From the NCBI GenBank assembly GCA_964478985.1, contig CAYZJW010000001.1, positions 9,969 through 46,941 on the forward strand: a DNA stretch of 36,973 bases, written 5' to 3'. The stretch comes from an uncultured Actinomycetota bacterium (GTDB lineage: Bacteria; Actinomycetota; Humimicrobiia; Humimicrobiales; Humimicrobiaceae). Below, one piece after another: positions 26,080-33,539 of the stretch. Each line of letters begins with the position of its first letter. Positions within the stretch are counted from its first letter, which is position 1. A program made the translations under genes and the position numbers. The notes beneath the pieces were generated by a model. That model searched no databases. It was not told the DNA's origin and saw only the letters and a program-made list of their open reading frames with translations.

Positions 26080-26631
26080 TTACTGGAGATCCCAGTATGT
26101 AACCATTATCTGGGTCCTGTCCGGTGACAATTCCTTTACCAAAACATCGACCACCCTGTCCCTGTCTTTGCTGGAAAATGTATATTTGGTTATGAGTATA
26201 TCATCGTCCTGGCCGCCCGCAAACTCTTCTTCCAGTTTGGCCATGCTTTTCTGGTAGATAAAATCCCGGTTCCAGATAGACTGCACTTTTTTATTCCTGT
26301 AATATTCTTCCACAACCGCAAATGCCTCATCTGTCTCCAGGATCACATATATGATCTCCTGTTCCTCGATAAGGGCTCTTGCTTCTTCCACCCTGGAATC
26401 CGGGTAGTAGAAAGTATCGAATGTCTCCAGGAAATCCTTATTTCTCAACAGCTCCTCAAACTCTTCTTCGGTGAGTTTTCCGCTATCCCTGCCTTCTACT
26501 TCTTCTATATTTATGGCTGAAGTATCCCCCGGACTAAAAAGACCGGAAAAGATACAGGAACTGGTTAATGCCGGGACAGCTGCCAGAAATATGCATAACA
26601 TGATTATGGCCCATTTTCTATTCTTCATCAT
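26080..26631 (-). CDS. Hypothetical acidic lipoprotein
   Basis: Signal peptide MMKNRKWAIIMLCIFLAAVPALTSSC with a relaxed lipobox. I recognise no catalytic motif. It ends 10 nt before xseA. Confidence 0.55.
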   Translation of the reverse strand: MMKNRKWAIIMLCIFLAAVPALTSSCIFSGLFSPGDTSAINIEEVEGRDSGKLTEEEFEELLRNKDFLETFDTFYYPDSRVEEARALIEEQEIIYVILETDEAFAVVEEYYRNKKVQSIWNRDFIYQKSMAKLEEEFAGGQDDDILITKYTFSSKDRDRVVDVLVKELSPDRTQIMVTYWDLQ

Positions 26632-26640
26632 ATCATCCTT

Positions 26641-27102
26641 TTAAAGTGTAAAAAATATTCTGTACAGTATATAGGAACAGAAAATAATCTCCACGGAAGC
26701 CATGATAATATTCAGTACATTCTCATAACCTTCTGTACGCTCCATCAGGAGTTTTACCGGCTGTTTCATGAATCTTTTTATCTTTGGCAAAAACCTCGCC
26801 ATTGAATAAATCGAGTATCCCACCAGTATCGAGCTTCCCAGTATCACTATATTGTCATTAAAAAGGTACACGCAATAAACAAAATAACCGATCTCGGCCA
26901 GGTTCAGCGCTATTATTACTCCCAGGGACATGATCACCGGACCGCCGGCCGCCTGGCTGCCTGTTTCCAGCTCCGGCATACTCTCCTCCAGCCTGGCAGC
27001 ATCTTCGGCCAGCACCCCTTTTCCCCTGGCCCTTATCATAAATCTTAAACTTGAAACATGCAACCAGATCAATATTATCGATAAAAATGTTAATAAAATC
27101 AT
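26641..27102 (-). CDS. Hypothetical 4-TM membrane protein
   Basis: About four hydrophobic helices and a charged loop (AEDAARLEESMPELE). I trimmed to the ATG at 27102 because the track start at 27105 is TTG. There is no Shine-Dalgarno sequence. A TATAAT (27112-27117, minus strand) lies just upstream, so a leaderless transcript is possible. Confidence 0.55.
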   Translation of the reverse strand: MILLTFLSIILIWLHVSSLRFMIRARGKGVLAEDAARLEESMPELETGSQAAGGPVIMSLGVIIALNLAEIGYFVYCVYLFNDNIVILGSSILVGYSIYSMARFLPKIKRFMKQPVKLLMERTEGYENVLNIIMASVEIIFCSYILYRIFFTL

Positions 27103-27189
27103 CAATACATAATTATAATATTATTTTTAAGATTTGGGAATACATTTGAACACTTATGCAGAGGAGTGGAGAATAAGCCAGAAGTCCTG

Positions 27190-27495
27190 CTATTTTGCCG
27201 GTTTTTTGGATTCCACCCTGTCTTCTTTTGGCCTGACCCCGGTTTCCGGTTTTTTATCCTGACCCTTTTCATCATTTTTTTTGCCTGCCTGGGAATTATT
27301 TATGGAACTTTTATTACCCGGCTTATAGTCTGTACTGTAAAAACCGGAACCCTTAAATATTATACCTACGGGAGAAAAAACCCTCCTGGTATCAGACTTG
27401 CACTTTATACAGGGCACGCAGCCATTTCCTCCGGGCTTTACCAGCTTATCGAAGGTCTCTCCGCATTTATCACATCTGTAGCTATATATCGGCAT
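27190..27495 (-). CDS. FmdB-family zinc-ribbon protein
   Basis: MPIYSYRCDKCGETF...CIKCKS...FKGSGFYSTDY (the CxxC...CxxC type), with a basic low-complexity tail. I trimmed to the ATG at 27495, which has AGGGGAAG upstream. Confidence 0.8.
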   Translation of the reverse strand: MPIYSYRCDKCGETFDKLVKPGGNGCVPCIKCKSDTRRVFSPVGIIFKGSGFYSTDYKPGNKSSINNSQAGKKNDEKGQDKKPETGVRPKEDRVESKKPAK

Positions 27496-27526
27496 TGTTT
27501 CTTCCCCTACTATGGACCAGGAAGAA

Positions 27527-27555
27527 AATATATACCAATTGGAAATTTTAGTCAA
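27527..27555 (-). promoter_or_regulatory. Sigma70-like promoter for the fmdB-like operon
   Basis: On the minus strand: TTGACT (27550-27555), N17, TATATT (27527-27532). It lies about 30 nt upstream of the ATG at 27495. Confidence 0.4.
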
Positions 27556-27571
27556 ACATTTTTACCAGTTT

Positions 27572-27580
27572 TGCTATAAT
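27572..27580 (+). promoter_or_regulatory. Extended -10 element (TGcTATAAT) for the lone plus-strand gene
   Basis: TGCTATAAT at 27572-27580, 23 nt upstream of the ATG at 27604. I see no good -35 element. Confidence 0.35.
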
Positions 27581-27603
27581 GTCAGGCGGAAACACTATAA
27601 TTT

Positions 27604-28050
27604 ATGAATAAGACAAATATAATCATAATAATAATCTGTACTGCAATAATTGCTGCAGCCGCCTATTTATCTTTAAGGGAAGAACCGTTAATAAGAGATA
27701 TATACCTGGCAGACAGCCTGGATCCGGGACATGGATTCCCCCGGGATGAAGATATCCGCCACTTTGACAGCAGTGATCCCGGCATCTACCTGATAATACA
27801 GGTAAGTGACATTGAAGAGGGCCAAAGACTGAAAACGGAATGGGTATTCTTAGGAGATGGCGGACAGAGCATAATGCAGACTGATGATATAGTAATTAAC
27901 GACGACGGAAGCGGCAGTATTGCGGTCTACCTGGTCAAAAGGGACGGTCTCTATGCCCCCGGTGATTACCTGGTAAAAATAGGTCATGCTGGTACTCAGC
28001 AAAAACAGCTGACATTCTCGGTAAGCGGCGGTCAGGCGCCAGAACCGTGA
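27604..28050 (+). CDS. Hypothetical N-terminally anchored exported protein
   Basis: The N-terminal transmembrane or signal anchor NIIIIIICTAIIAAAAYL is followed by about 115 aa of beta-rich acidic domain. It is the only credible plus-strand gene, and its 3' end overlaps the convergent 2PGK-like gene by 19 nt. Confidence 0.6.
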   Translation: MNKTNIIIIIICTAIIAAAAYLSLREEPLIRDIYLADSLDPGHGFPRDEDIRHFDSSDPGIYLIIQVSDIEEGQRLKTEWVFLGDGGQSIMQTDDIVINDDGSGSIAVYLVKRDGLYAPGDYLVKIGHAGTQQKQLTFSVSGGQAPEP

Positions 28051-28991
28051 GCATACTCAGTCCCCAGCCTGTCAAACTGGTCTTTCACTGTCTTGAATAC
28101 CAGTTCCAGGGCTTTTTTTACTGTATTGTCCAGATTATAGTTCTGGATTATGCTTACATTATTTTTTGCCGCCAGGTCTTCCAGGTAATCCTGTATCATA
28201 AGTATCTTGTCCAGGTGTTTGATATATCTCTGTACCGGCCGTGAACCCTGGGTCTCCACTGTCCTTTTGGCAAAATGCTCTTTATGGACATCCTTATCAG
28301 GTACAGCGATAAGCATGCTGATGATAATGGCCTTATCGTCATATCTGGCGGTATCCAGGTATCCCGGCACCACATGGGCTCCTTCTATGACTATATCTGT
28401 CTTTTCTTCTACGCTCCTCTTTATAATAGCTTCAATGCCTACATTTACCGCCAGTACCTGCTCCCTGAAGCCCAGTATTACCGGCTCCACTCCTGTCGGA
28501 GGCAGGGTCAGGTTCTTATATGCACTGTAGGAAGAACCCCTCAGGGGACGGATAAGTCTTTCTGATACTGAAGCCCGCATGACTTCCCTTATGGCATCAG
28601 TAGACGCAACCCTGGTGATATTAAGCCGGCTGGCCAGTACCGTGGCAACCGTAGATTTGCCAACGCCTGTAGCCCCGCCCACAAGGATAATAGTGGGTTT
28701 ATGCAGTTTCCCCACAGACTGCCACAGAAGATATTTCTCGGCATTTTCCAGCCCCGCTTCTTCCTTTATAAACCTGAAGGCAAGGGACCTTAGCTCGTCC
28801 AGGGTTATGGATCTTATATTATTATCAGTAAAATAATCCTGAACATCGGAAGCTATCTTGTGGGCTGTTACCATCTCCAGCCCGGCTACTGCTATGGAAG
28901 ATGCCAGGATGCCCCTGGAAAACGGAAGCCCGCTTTTCTTATCCGATATGACTACCGTATTATGTTTTGATTCTTTTTCTCCCTGACCCAT
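28032..28991 (-). CDS. 2-phosphoglycerate kinase-like protein (COG2074 type)
   Basis: N-terminal ATP-cone-like segment (LPFSRGILASSIAVAGLEMVTAHKIASDV), then P-loop ILVGGATGVGKST. It lies 12 nt downstream of the cDPG synthetase-like gene, with AGGAG upstream. The family call is from memory of family features. Confidence 0.7.
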   Translation of the reverse strand: MGQGEKESKHNTVVISDKKSGLPFSRGILASSIAVAGLEMVTAHKIASDVQDYFTDNNIRSITLDELRSLAFRFIKEEAGLENAEKYLLWQSVGKLHKPTIILVGGATGVGKSTVATVLASRLNITRVASTDAIREVMRASVSERLIRPLRGSSYSAYKNLTLPPTGVEPVILGFREQVLAVNVGIEAIIKRSVEEKTDIVIEGAHVVPGYLDTARYDDKAIIISMLIAVPDKDVHKEHFAKRTVETQGSRPVQRYIKHLDKILMIQDYLEDLAAKNNVSIIQNYNLDNTVKKALELVFKTVKDQFDRLGTEYAHGSGA

Positions 28992-29003
28992 CGGCTTTGG
29001 CTC

Positions 29004-30389
29004 CTATTCTATCAATCCCATAAGTTCTTTTTTAAAGCTGCTTCCCCTTTTGGCTGCCACCGGGATATTATCGATAAATGAGACTTCCTTTTTGTTCTCG
29101 GAAGCATAGCGGGTAAGGACATCTACCGCAGCTGCCTTCAGTTCGGTAAGTATGGTATCAAAAGCCGGGCTGGCGGCCAGGTCTTTTCTCAGTTCCTGCC
29201 TGTTTGAGAGGTTGAAGCTGGCTGACGCTACCCGGCATCCGTATTCCTTCTCCATATATTTAATTATTTTATTTTCTATTGCCGGGCTGGCAGTCATGGC
29301 CAGGAATACTTTCCTGCCTTTTATATTTGACAGCGGTTTGGGTCTGAATACAGTCCTTAACACTGCTGCTCCCGGATTATATTTTTTTATCTCTTTTTCC
29401 AATTCAGCTATCTTATTGCTGTCTGCCATCGGTTCTTCGCACATGGTAAGGATTATAAGGTCTGCCAGGATTATCCTGTATATCCCCAGATACCCTATGA
29501 TGCTGGTCCAGTCCTGGAAAGCTCCGATGACGCAGATCCTGGCGTCTGTGTCTATTCCGGGTATGGAAGCACCGCTTCCCTCTACTATCAAAAGGTCCGG
29601 GCCCAGGCTTTCGGCTATTCTTGCACCCTGTTCCAGATTGGTCATGAATATATCACCGGCAAAACCCCCGCCGCATCTCCTGCAGCCTATAGTGGTTATC
29701 TCGCTCAGCATTGCATCTTCAATATAATCAGAACTGGCATGAAGTCCTTTCCGGTTAAGTCCAAGCAGGTATTCCGGGTTAATATCTATTTCATCACCTT
29801 TTATGACCTGCGGTTCCGCAGGGCCTCCCCTTCCCATTGCCAAAACGGCTGTTTCAATATCCTCCTCGGAATATAATTTGGCCGCATATGAACTTATTGC
29901 CGTCTTTCCTATCCTCTTTCCTGTACCTATTATGGAAATCGACTTTACGGAAAGCCTGATATCTTGCCTCTGGCTCTCAAAAAGGAAATCCGGCCCCATA
30001 TAACTGCATCCTCTGGCAATGCAGAAAGATGCTATCTTCATCCTGGACCTGTAGTCCACCACCGGTTCATCACTCAGGTCATATGCTATATCGGGCTTGA
30101 AGTGCTTAAGGGCTTCCGTAAAATCATGGTCCAGGTCACTTATGATATATACTTTTCCTCCGAAATAGTCTTCCAGGTCATCCATCACCAGCTTTTCGCT
30201 CCCGCCCAGAAACACGATGCCGGCAAAACTTCCTGTAAAACAGTCTTTCAGCATGGCCAGTGCATCCCTGGTCACATCAGGATAGTGTTCTCCGTCTATC
30301 AGGGCTATAAGCTTTTTATGCCTGTTGTCTTTTCTCCGTAATAAATTTTTCACAGAGCTTAGCCTTCCTGCCCACCCTTTTGACTCCAA
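29004..30389 (-). CDS. cpgS: Cyclic 2,3-diphosphoglycerate synthetase-like protein
   Basis: About 450-460 aa, with N-terminal LIALIDGEHYPDV and central P-loop IIGTGKRIGKTA. It is adjacent to the 2PGK-like gene. The track start is TTG (30389). A GTG at 30353 with AGGAAGG upstream is an alternative start. Confidence 0.6.
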   Translation of the reverse strand: MESKGWAGRLSSVKNLLRRKDNRHKKLIALIDGEHYPDVTRDALAMLKDCFTGSFAGIVFLGGSEKLVMDDLEDYFGGKVYIISDLDHDFTEALKHFKPDIAYDLSDEPVVDYRSRMKIASFCIARGCSYMGPDFLFESQRQDIRLSVKSISIIGTGKRIGKTAISSYAAKLYSEEDIETAVLAMGRGGPAEPQVIKGDEIDINPEYLLGLNRKGLHASSDYIEDAMLSEITTIGCRRCGGGFAGDIFMTNLEQGARIAESLGPDLLIVEGSGASIPGIDTDARICVIGAFQDWTSIIGYLGIYRIILADLIILTMCEEPMADSNKIAELEKEIKKYNPGAAVLRTVFRPKPLSNIKGRKVFLAMTASPAIENKIIKYMEKEYGCRVASASFNLSNRQELRKDLAASPAFDTILTELKAAAVDVLTRYASENKKEVSFIDNIPVAAKRGSSFKKELMGLIE

Positions 30390-31122
30390 GGATCTTTTCT
30401 ATCCTGTCAAAGGGAGACCTCCTGTATATATCTATCTCTTTTTCCCTGATATATATTATATTATAACTGGGCTCTATGATGCCCCTGAGTCTCAGGCAGG
30501 AGACGGTACCCGCAGTCACCACCAGCATATCTTCTATCCTCCACAGGTAAGGCACGTGTTTGTGTCCGCAAAGCACCATATCCACCCCGGCATCGACGAT
30601 GGTCTCCAGGACATCCCCGGCATCATTTACAATATTACGTTCCCTCCCCGTATTGGGCACCGAGACCAGGTGGTGATGTATGGCGAATATCTTGAAATTC
30701 TTTTTAGGTTTTTTAGCTAACTCTTCTTTGATCCATTTATAGTGCTCCCTGCCTATCTGCCCGTTATCAAGGTCAGGCTCGCTGGAGTCGGCAGCTATTA
30801 TGGTGACTTCTTCATTGCTAAAGGTCTTATACCTCTGGCCGAAAAGTTCCTCAAAGTGGAGATATCCCACATTCCTGGAATCATGATTTCCAAGCTGAAC
30901 CATAAGGTTTTTACATTTTATGGGAGCCAGGTAATTCTTAACTGTTTCATATTCGCGCCTGAACCCATTGGCTGTAAGGTCGCCGGTTATGATGACTACA
31001 TCAGGATTTAGCTCATTTATCTCATCTATTGCCCTGGTAAGAAGGCTGGGGACAAAGTGGGATTCCCCCACATGGATATCCGATATCTGGGCAATAATGG
31101 TCTCTTTTTCTTTTTCAGCCAT
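30316..31122 (-). CDS. Calcineurin-like metallophosphoesterase
   Basis: The full metal-binding motif set is present: SDIHVG, TGDLTANG, GNHD, IHHH and CGHKH. The 3' end overlaps the cDPGS-like ORF by 38-74 nt. GAAAGGAAG upstream. Confidence 0.85.
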   Translation of the reverse strand: MAEKEKETIIAQISDIHVGESHFVPSLLTRAIDEINELNPDVVIITGDLTANGFRREYETVKNYLAPIKCKNLMVQLGNHDSRNVGYLHFEELFGQRYKTFSNEEVTIIAADSSEPDLDNGQIGREHYKWIKEELAKKPKKNFKIFAIHHHLVSVPNTGRERNIVNDAGDVLETIVDAGVDMVLCGHKHVPYLWRIEDMLVVTAGTVSCLRLRGIIEPSYNIIYIREKEIDIYRRSPFDRIEKILGVKRVGRKAKLCEKFITEKRQQA

Positions 31123-31183
31123 CAGAACTTCCTTTCAAGCTAATATCTGTACAAAGTCCACATGTATAATACTACTTTCATTA

Positions 31184-32296
31184 TCATCCAAAAAGGTTTA
31201 ATCTTCCAGAAATATCTCTATATTTCTTCTCACCCCGGAGCACACGGCAGCAAAGCCTGAAAAATCTTTCATCCGTCCTGAAAAGCTTATAGAAAAAAAT
31301 GGGAAAGGAAAAGAAAACCTTTGAAAACCTGAGGGATATTTTTATGTCCTCATAAATATCTTCCCATATCCTCTGCCGGTAATCAGGGAAGTCAAACCTG
31401 GATGTCCTTAATGCATTATCTATGCTTTCTGCCGCCATATGGGAACTCTTGAGTGAATTATATATGCCTTCACCCGTAAAGCCGTCCCCCAGGCAGGCAG
31501 CATCCCCCACAGCCAGGACCCTGTAGCTGCAGACCGGCGTATTTTCTGTACGGACCGGTATAGACTGGGCTTTGATATCGGTCATATTCCCATTGCTTTT
31601 TCCATTCATATAGGCATGAAAATAACTTTTCATGGCCCGGGCTGTAGAAAAAGGGGCGCCTATGCCATAGGATATTATCTTTTTCCTGGGAAAAGCCCAT
31701 ACATAACCATTTTTTATACCGCCAAAATCCAGGCCGGCTGCATCATAATACTTTTTTTCCTCCTCAGGACCTGAAGTTCTTTCCGTTTCATAGCCAAGTA
31801 TCCTCATTATGCTGCTTCCGGAAGTAAGCAATCGGTGGACTGCGCCTCTTATGCCGTCAGCCCCGGCAAGGACCCTGGCTTCATATGACCTCTGTGCAGT
31901 ATCAACCCTTATAATATCCTTTCCCGGTGCATATCCTGTTACCGTTTCTCCAAAATTTATACTGCATCCCTTATCCAGGGCTTTTTTTGCCAGAAAGGCA
32001 TCAAACTCGCTCCTCTGGACAGTATGCAGGATGGGAAGCATATACTTCCTGGAGAAAACATCCCTTTTCCTGTAGCTGAATAAGATGCCATGCAGGCTTT
32101 TATGCACTACTTTACTTATATCAAAAGGGATAAGGGCCAGGCTCCTGTGCTGCAGGCCTCCGGCGCATATCTTATGCCTGGGAAATTCCTGCTTTTCCAA
32201 TATAAGGGTATTAATACCTCTGCCGGCAAGCAGATAACCCAGAAGGCTCCCCGAGGGGCCGGCTCCCGAGATTATCACATCATATCTTGAATCCAT
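31184..32296 (-). CDS. Geranylgeranyl reductase-family FAD-dependent oxidoreductase
   Basis: YDVIISGAGPSGSLLGYLLA dinucleotide fold, and VLAVGDAACLGDGFTGEGI. I trimmed to the ATG at 32296 (MDSRYDVII), though 32302 is also possible. The track TTG start would lie inside the upstream terminator. Confidence 0.85.
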   Translation of the reverse strand: MDSRYDVIISGAGPSGSLLGYLLAGRGINTLILEKQEFPRHKICAGGLQHRSLALIPFDISKVVHKSLHGILFSYRKRDVFSRKYMLPILHTVQRSEFDAFLAKKALDKGCSINFGETVTGYAPGKDIIRVDTAQRSYEARVLAGADGIRGAVHRLLTSGSSIMRILGYETERTSGPEEEKKYYDAAGLDFGGIKNGYVWAFPRKKIISYGIGAPFSTARAMKSYFHAYMNGKSNGNMTDIKAQSIPVRTENTPVCSYRVLAVGDAACLGDGFTGEGIYNSLKSSHMAAESIDNALRTSRFDFPDYRQRIWEDIYEDIKISLRFSKVFFSFPIFFYKLFRTDERFFRLCCRVLRGEKKYRDISGRLNLFG

Positions 32297-32309
32297 TAGC
32301 ATTAATTTT

Positions 32310-32360
32310 ATAAAAAGAAAAAGCAAAGCACAACAAATTAATATTGCTGTGCCTTGCTTT
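32310..32360 (-). terminator. Rho-independent terminator after the ABC ATPase gene
   Basis: In the minus-strand RNA the stem is AAAGCAAGGCACA / UGUGCUUUGCUUU: 13 bp with one G-U pair and a 15-nt loop. UUCUUUUUAU follows. Confidence 0.6.
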
Positions 32361-32386
32361 CAATATGATATATCAGGCTTTGTTCC

Positions 32387-33484
32387 TTATATGTATGCCT
32401 TTTCTGTCTTCTTGTCAAATAGATGCATCATATCCAGGTCAATGTACAGTTTTGCCTTGTCTCCGCTCCTCAGTTTTGACCTTGGGGAGACACGGGCTGT
32501 CATAAGCACTCCGTTTATGTCCACATAGACATATATCTCTGCACCCATGGGCTCTGTTACCTCTACATCGGCGGTAATGGTATTGCTATCCCCGGCTTCG
32601 GGAATGAATTCTGCATCTTCCAGGTCCTCGGGCCTTATGCCGGCGACTATATCCTTGCCTGCAAGGTCGTTCTTCTTGATGATATCCTTGAGCTTGTCAC
32701 TGGTATCGATCTCAAACTGGTCATTCTTCAGAGTCAGCTTTTCAGTGACCGTGACATCCACAAAGTTCATGGCCGGAGATCCTATGAAACCGGCAACGAA
32801 CATATTGTCAGGATGGTCATAGACTTCCTGGGGCGCCCCGGTCTGCTGTACGATGCCGTCCTTCATGATAATGATCTTGCTGGCCATGGTCATAGCCTCT
32901 GTCTGGTCATGGGTGACATAGACGATAGTGGCTTTGAGCCTCTGGTGCAGTTTGGCGATCTCTGTCCTCATCTGTACCCTTAACTTGGCATCCAGGTTTG
33001 ACAGCGGCTCATCCATAAGGAACACTTTGGGGTCCCTTACAATGGCTCTACCCAGGGCTACACGCTGTCTCTGCCCTCCTGAAAGCTGTTTGGGTTTTCT
33101 CTTGAGAAGATCTTCGATCTTCAGGATCCTGGCGGCGTTCTGTACTCTTTTTTCGATCTCGGCTTTGGGGGTCCTTCGCAGCTTGAGCCCGAAAGCCATG
33201 TTGTTGTAAACATCCATGTGGGGGTAAAGGGCATAGTTCTGAAAAACCATAGCGATGTCCCTGTCCTTTGGGGGGACATCGTTGACCAGTCTGTCTCCGA
33301 TATAGATTTCTCCCTCGGTTACTTCCTCCAGTCCTGCTATCATACGCAGGGTGGTGGTTTTACCGCATCCTGAGGGTCCTACCAGGACCACAAATTGTTG
33401 ATCTTCGATGACGTCGTTCATCTTGTTAACAGCCACAACCTCATCGAATCTCTTGGTCAGGTCTTTTAGAAGTACCTTAGCCAT
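32387..33484 (-). CDS. MalK/UgpC/MsiK-type carbohydrate ABC transporter ATP-binding protein
   Basis: Walker [10 protein letters not shown], signature [14 protein letters not shown], Walker [12 protein letters not shown] and H-loop VTHDQ. A C-terminal regulatory OB/TOBE-like domain is present. No permease or binding-protein gene is adjacent. Confidence 0.93.
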   Translation of the reverse strand: MAKVLLKDLTKRFDEVVAVNKMNDVIEDQQFVVLVGPSGCGKTTTLRMIAGLEEVTEGEIYIGDRLVNDVPPKDRDIAMVFQNYALYPHMDVYNNMAFGLKLRRTPKAEIEKRVQNAARILKIEDLLKRKPKQLSGGQRQRVALGRAIVRDPKVFLMDEPLSNLDAKLRVQMRTEIAKLHQRLKATIVYVTHDQTEAMTMASKIIIMKDGIVQQTGAPQEVYDHPDNMFVAGFIGSPAMNFVDVTVTEKLTLKNDQFEIDTSDKLKDIIKKNDLAGKDIVAGIRPEDLEDAEFIPEAGDSNTITADVEVTEPMGAEIYVYVDINGVLMTARVSPRSKLRSGDKAKLYIDLDMMHLFDKKTEKAYI

Positions 33485-33490
33485 TTGATT

Positions 33491-33520
33491 CTCCCTTACT
33501 CAAATTAATAAATAAGGGAG
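33491..33520 (-). promoter_or_regulatory. Hairpin pairing the ABC ATPase Shine-Dalgarno sequence
   Basis: In the minus-strand RNA, CUCCCUUA (33513-33520), a 14-nt loop, then UAAGGGAG (33491-33498). The 3' arm is the only Shine-Dalgarno sequence for the ATG at 33484. Confidence 0.35.
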
Positions 33521-33539
33521 ATTATAACCCAAAACCATA

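Noticed and set aside
5477-31700. Same-strand out-of-frame ORFs nested in real genes (5477-5749, 13424-13615, 14951-15271, 16932-17204, 31470-31700)
   Set aside because: They sit inside pgeF, murG, murD/ftsW, mraY and the GGR-family gene respectively, in alternative frames. They are rich in Trp, Arg, Pro and Cys, and nothing supports them.
32297-32326. TTG-initiated extension of the GGR-family ORF
   Set aside because: The extension (MLFLFIKLML) lies on the U-tract and 3' arm of the upstream terminator. The FAD-binding motif normally lies within about 10 residues of the N-terminus, so the ATG at 32296 or 32302 fits better.
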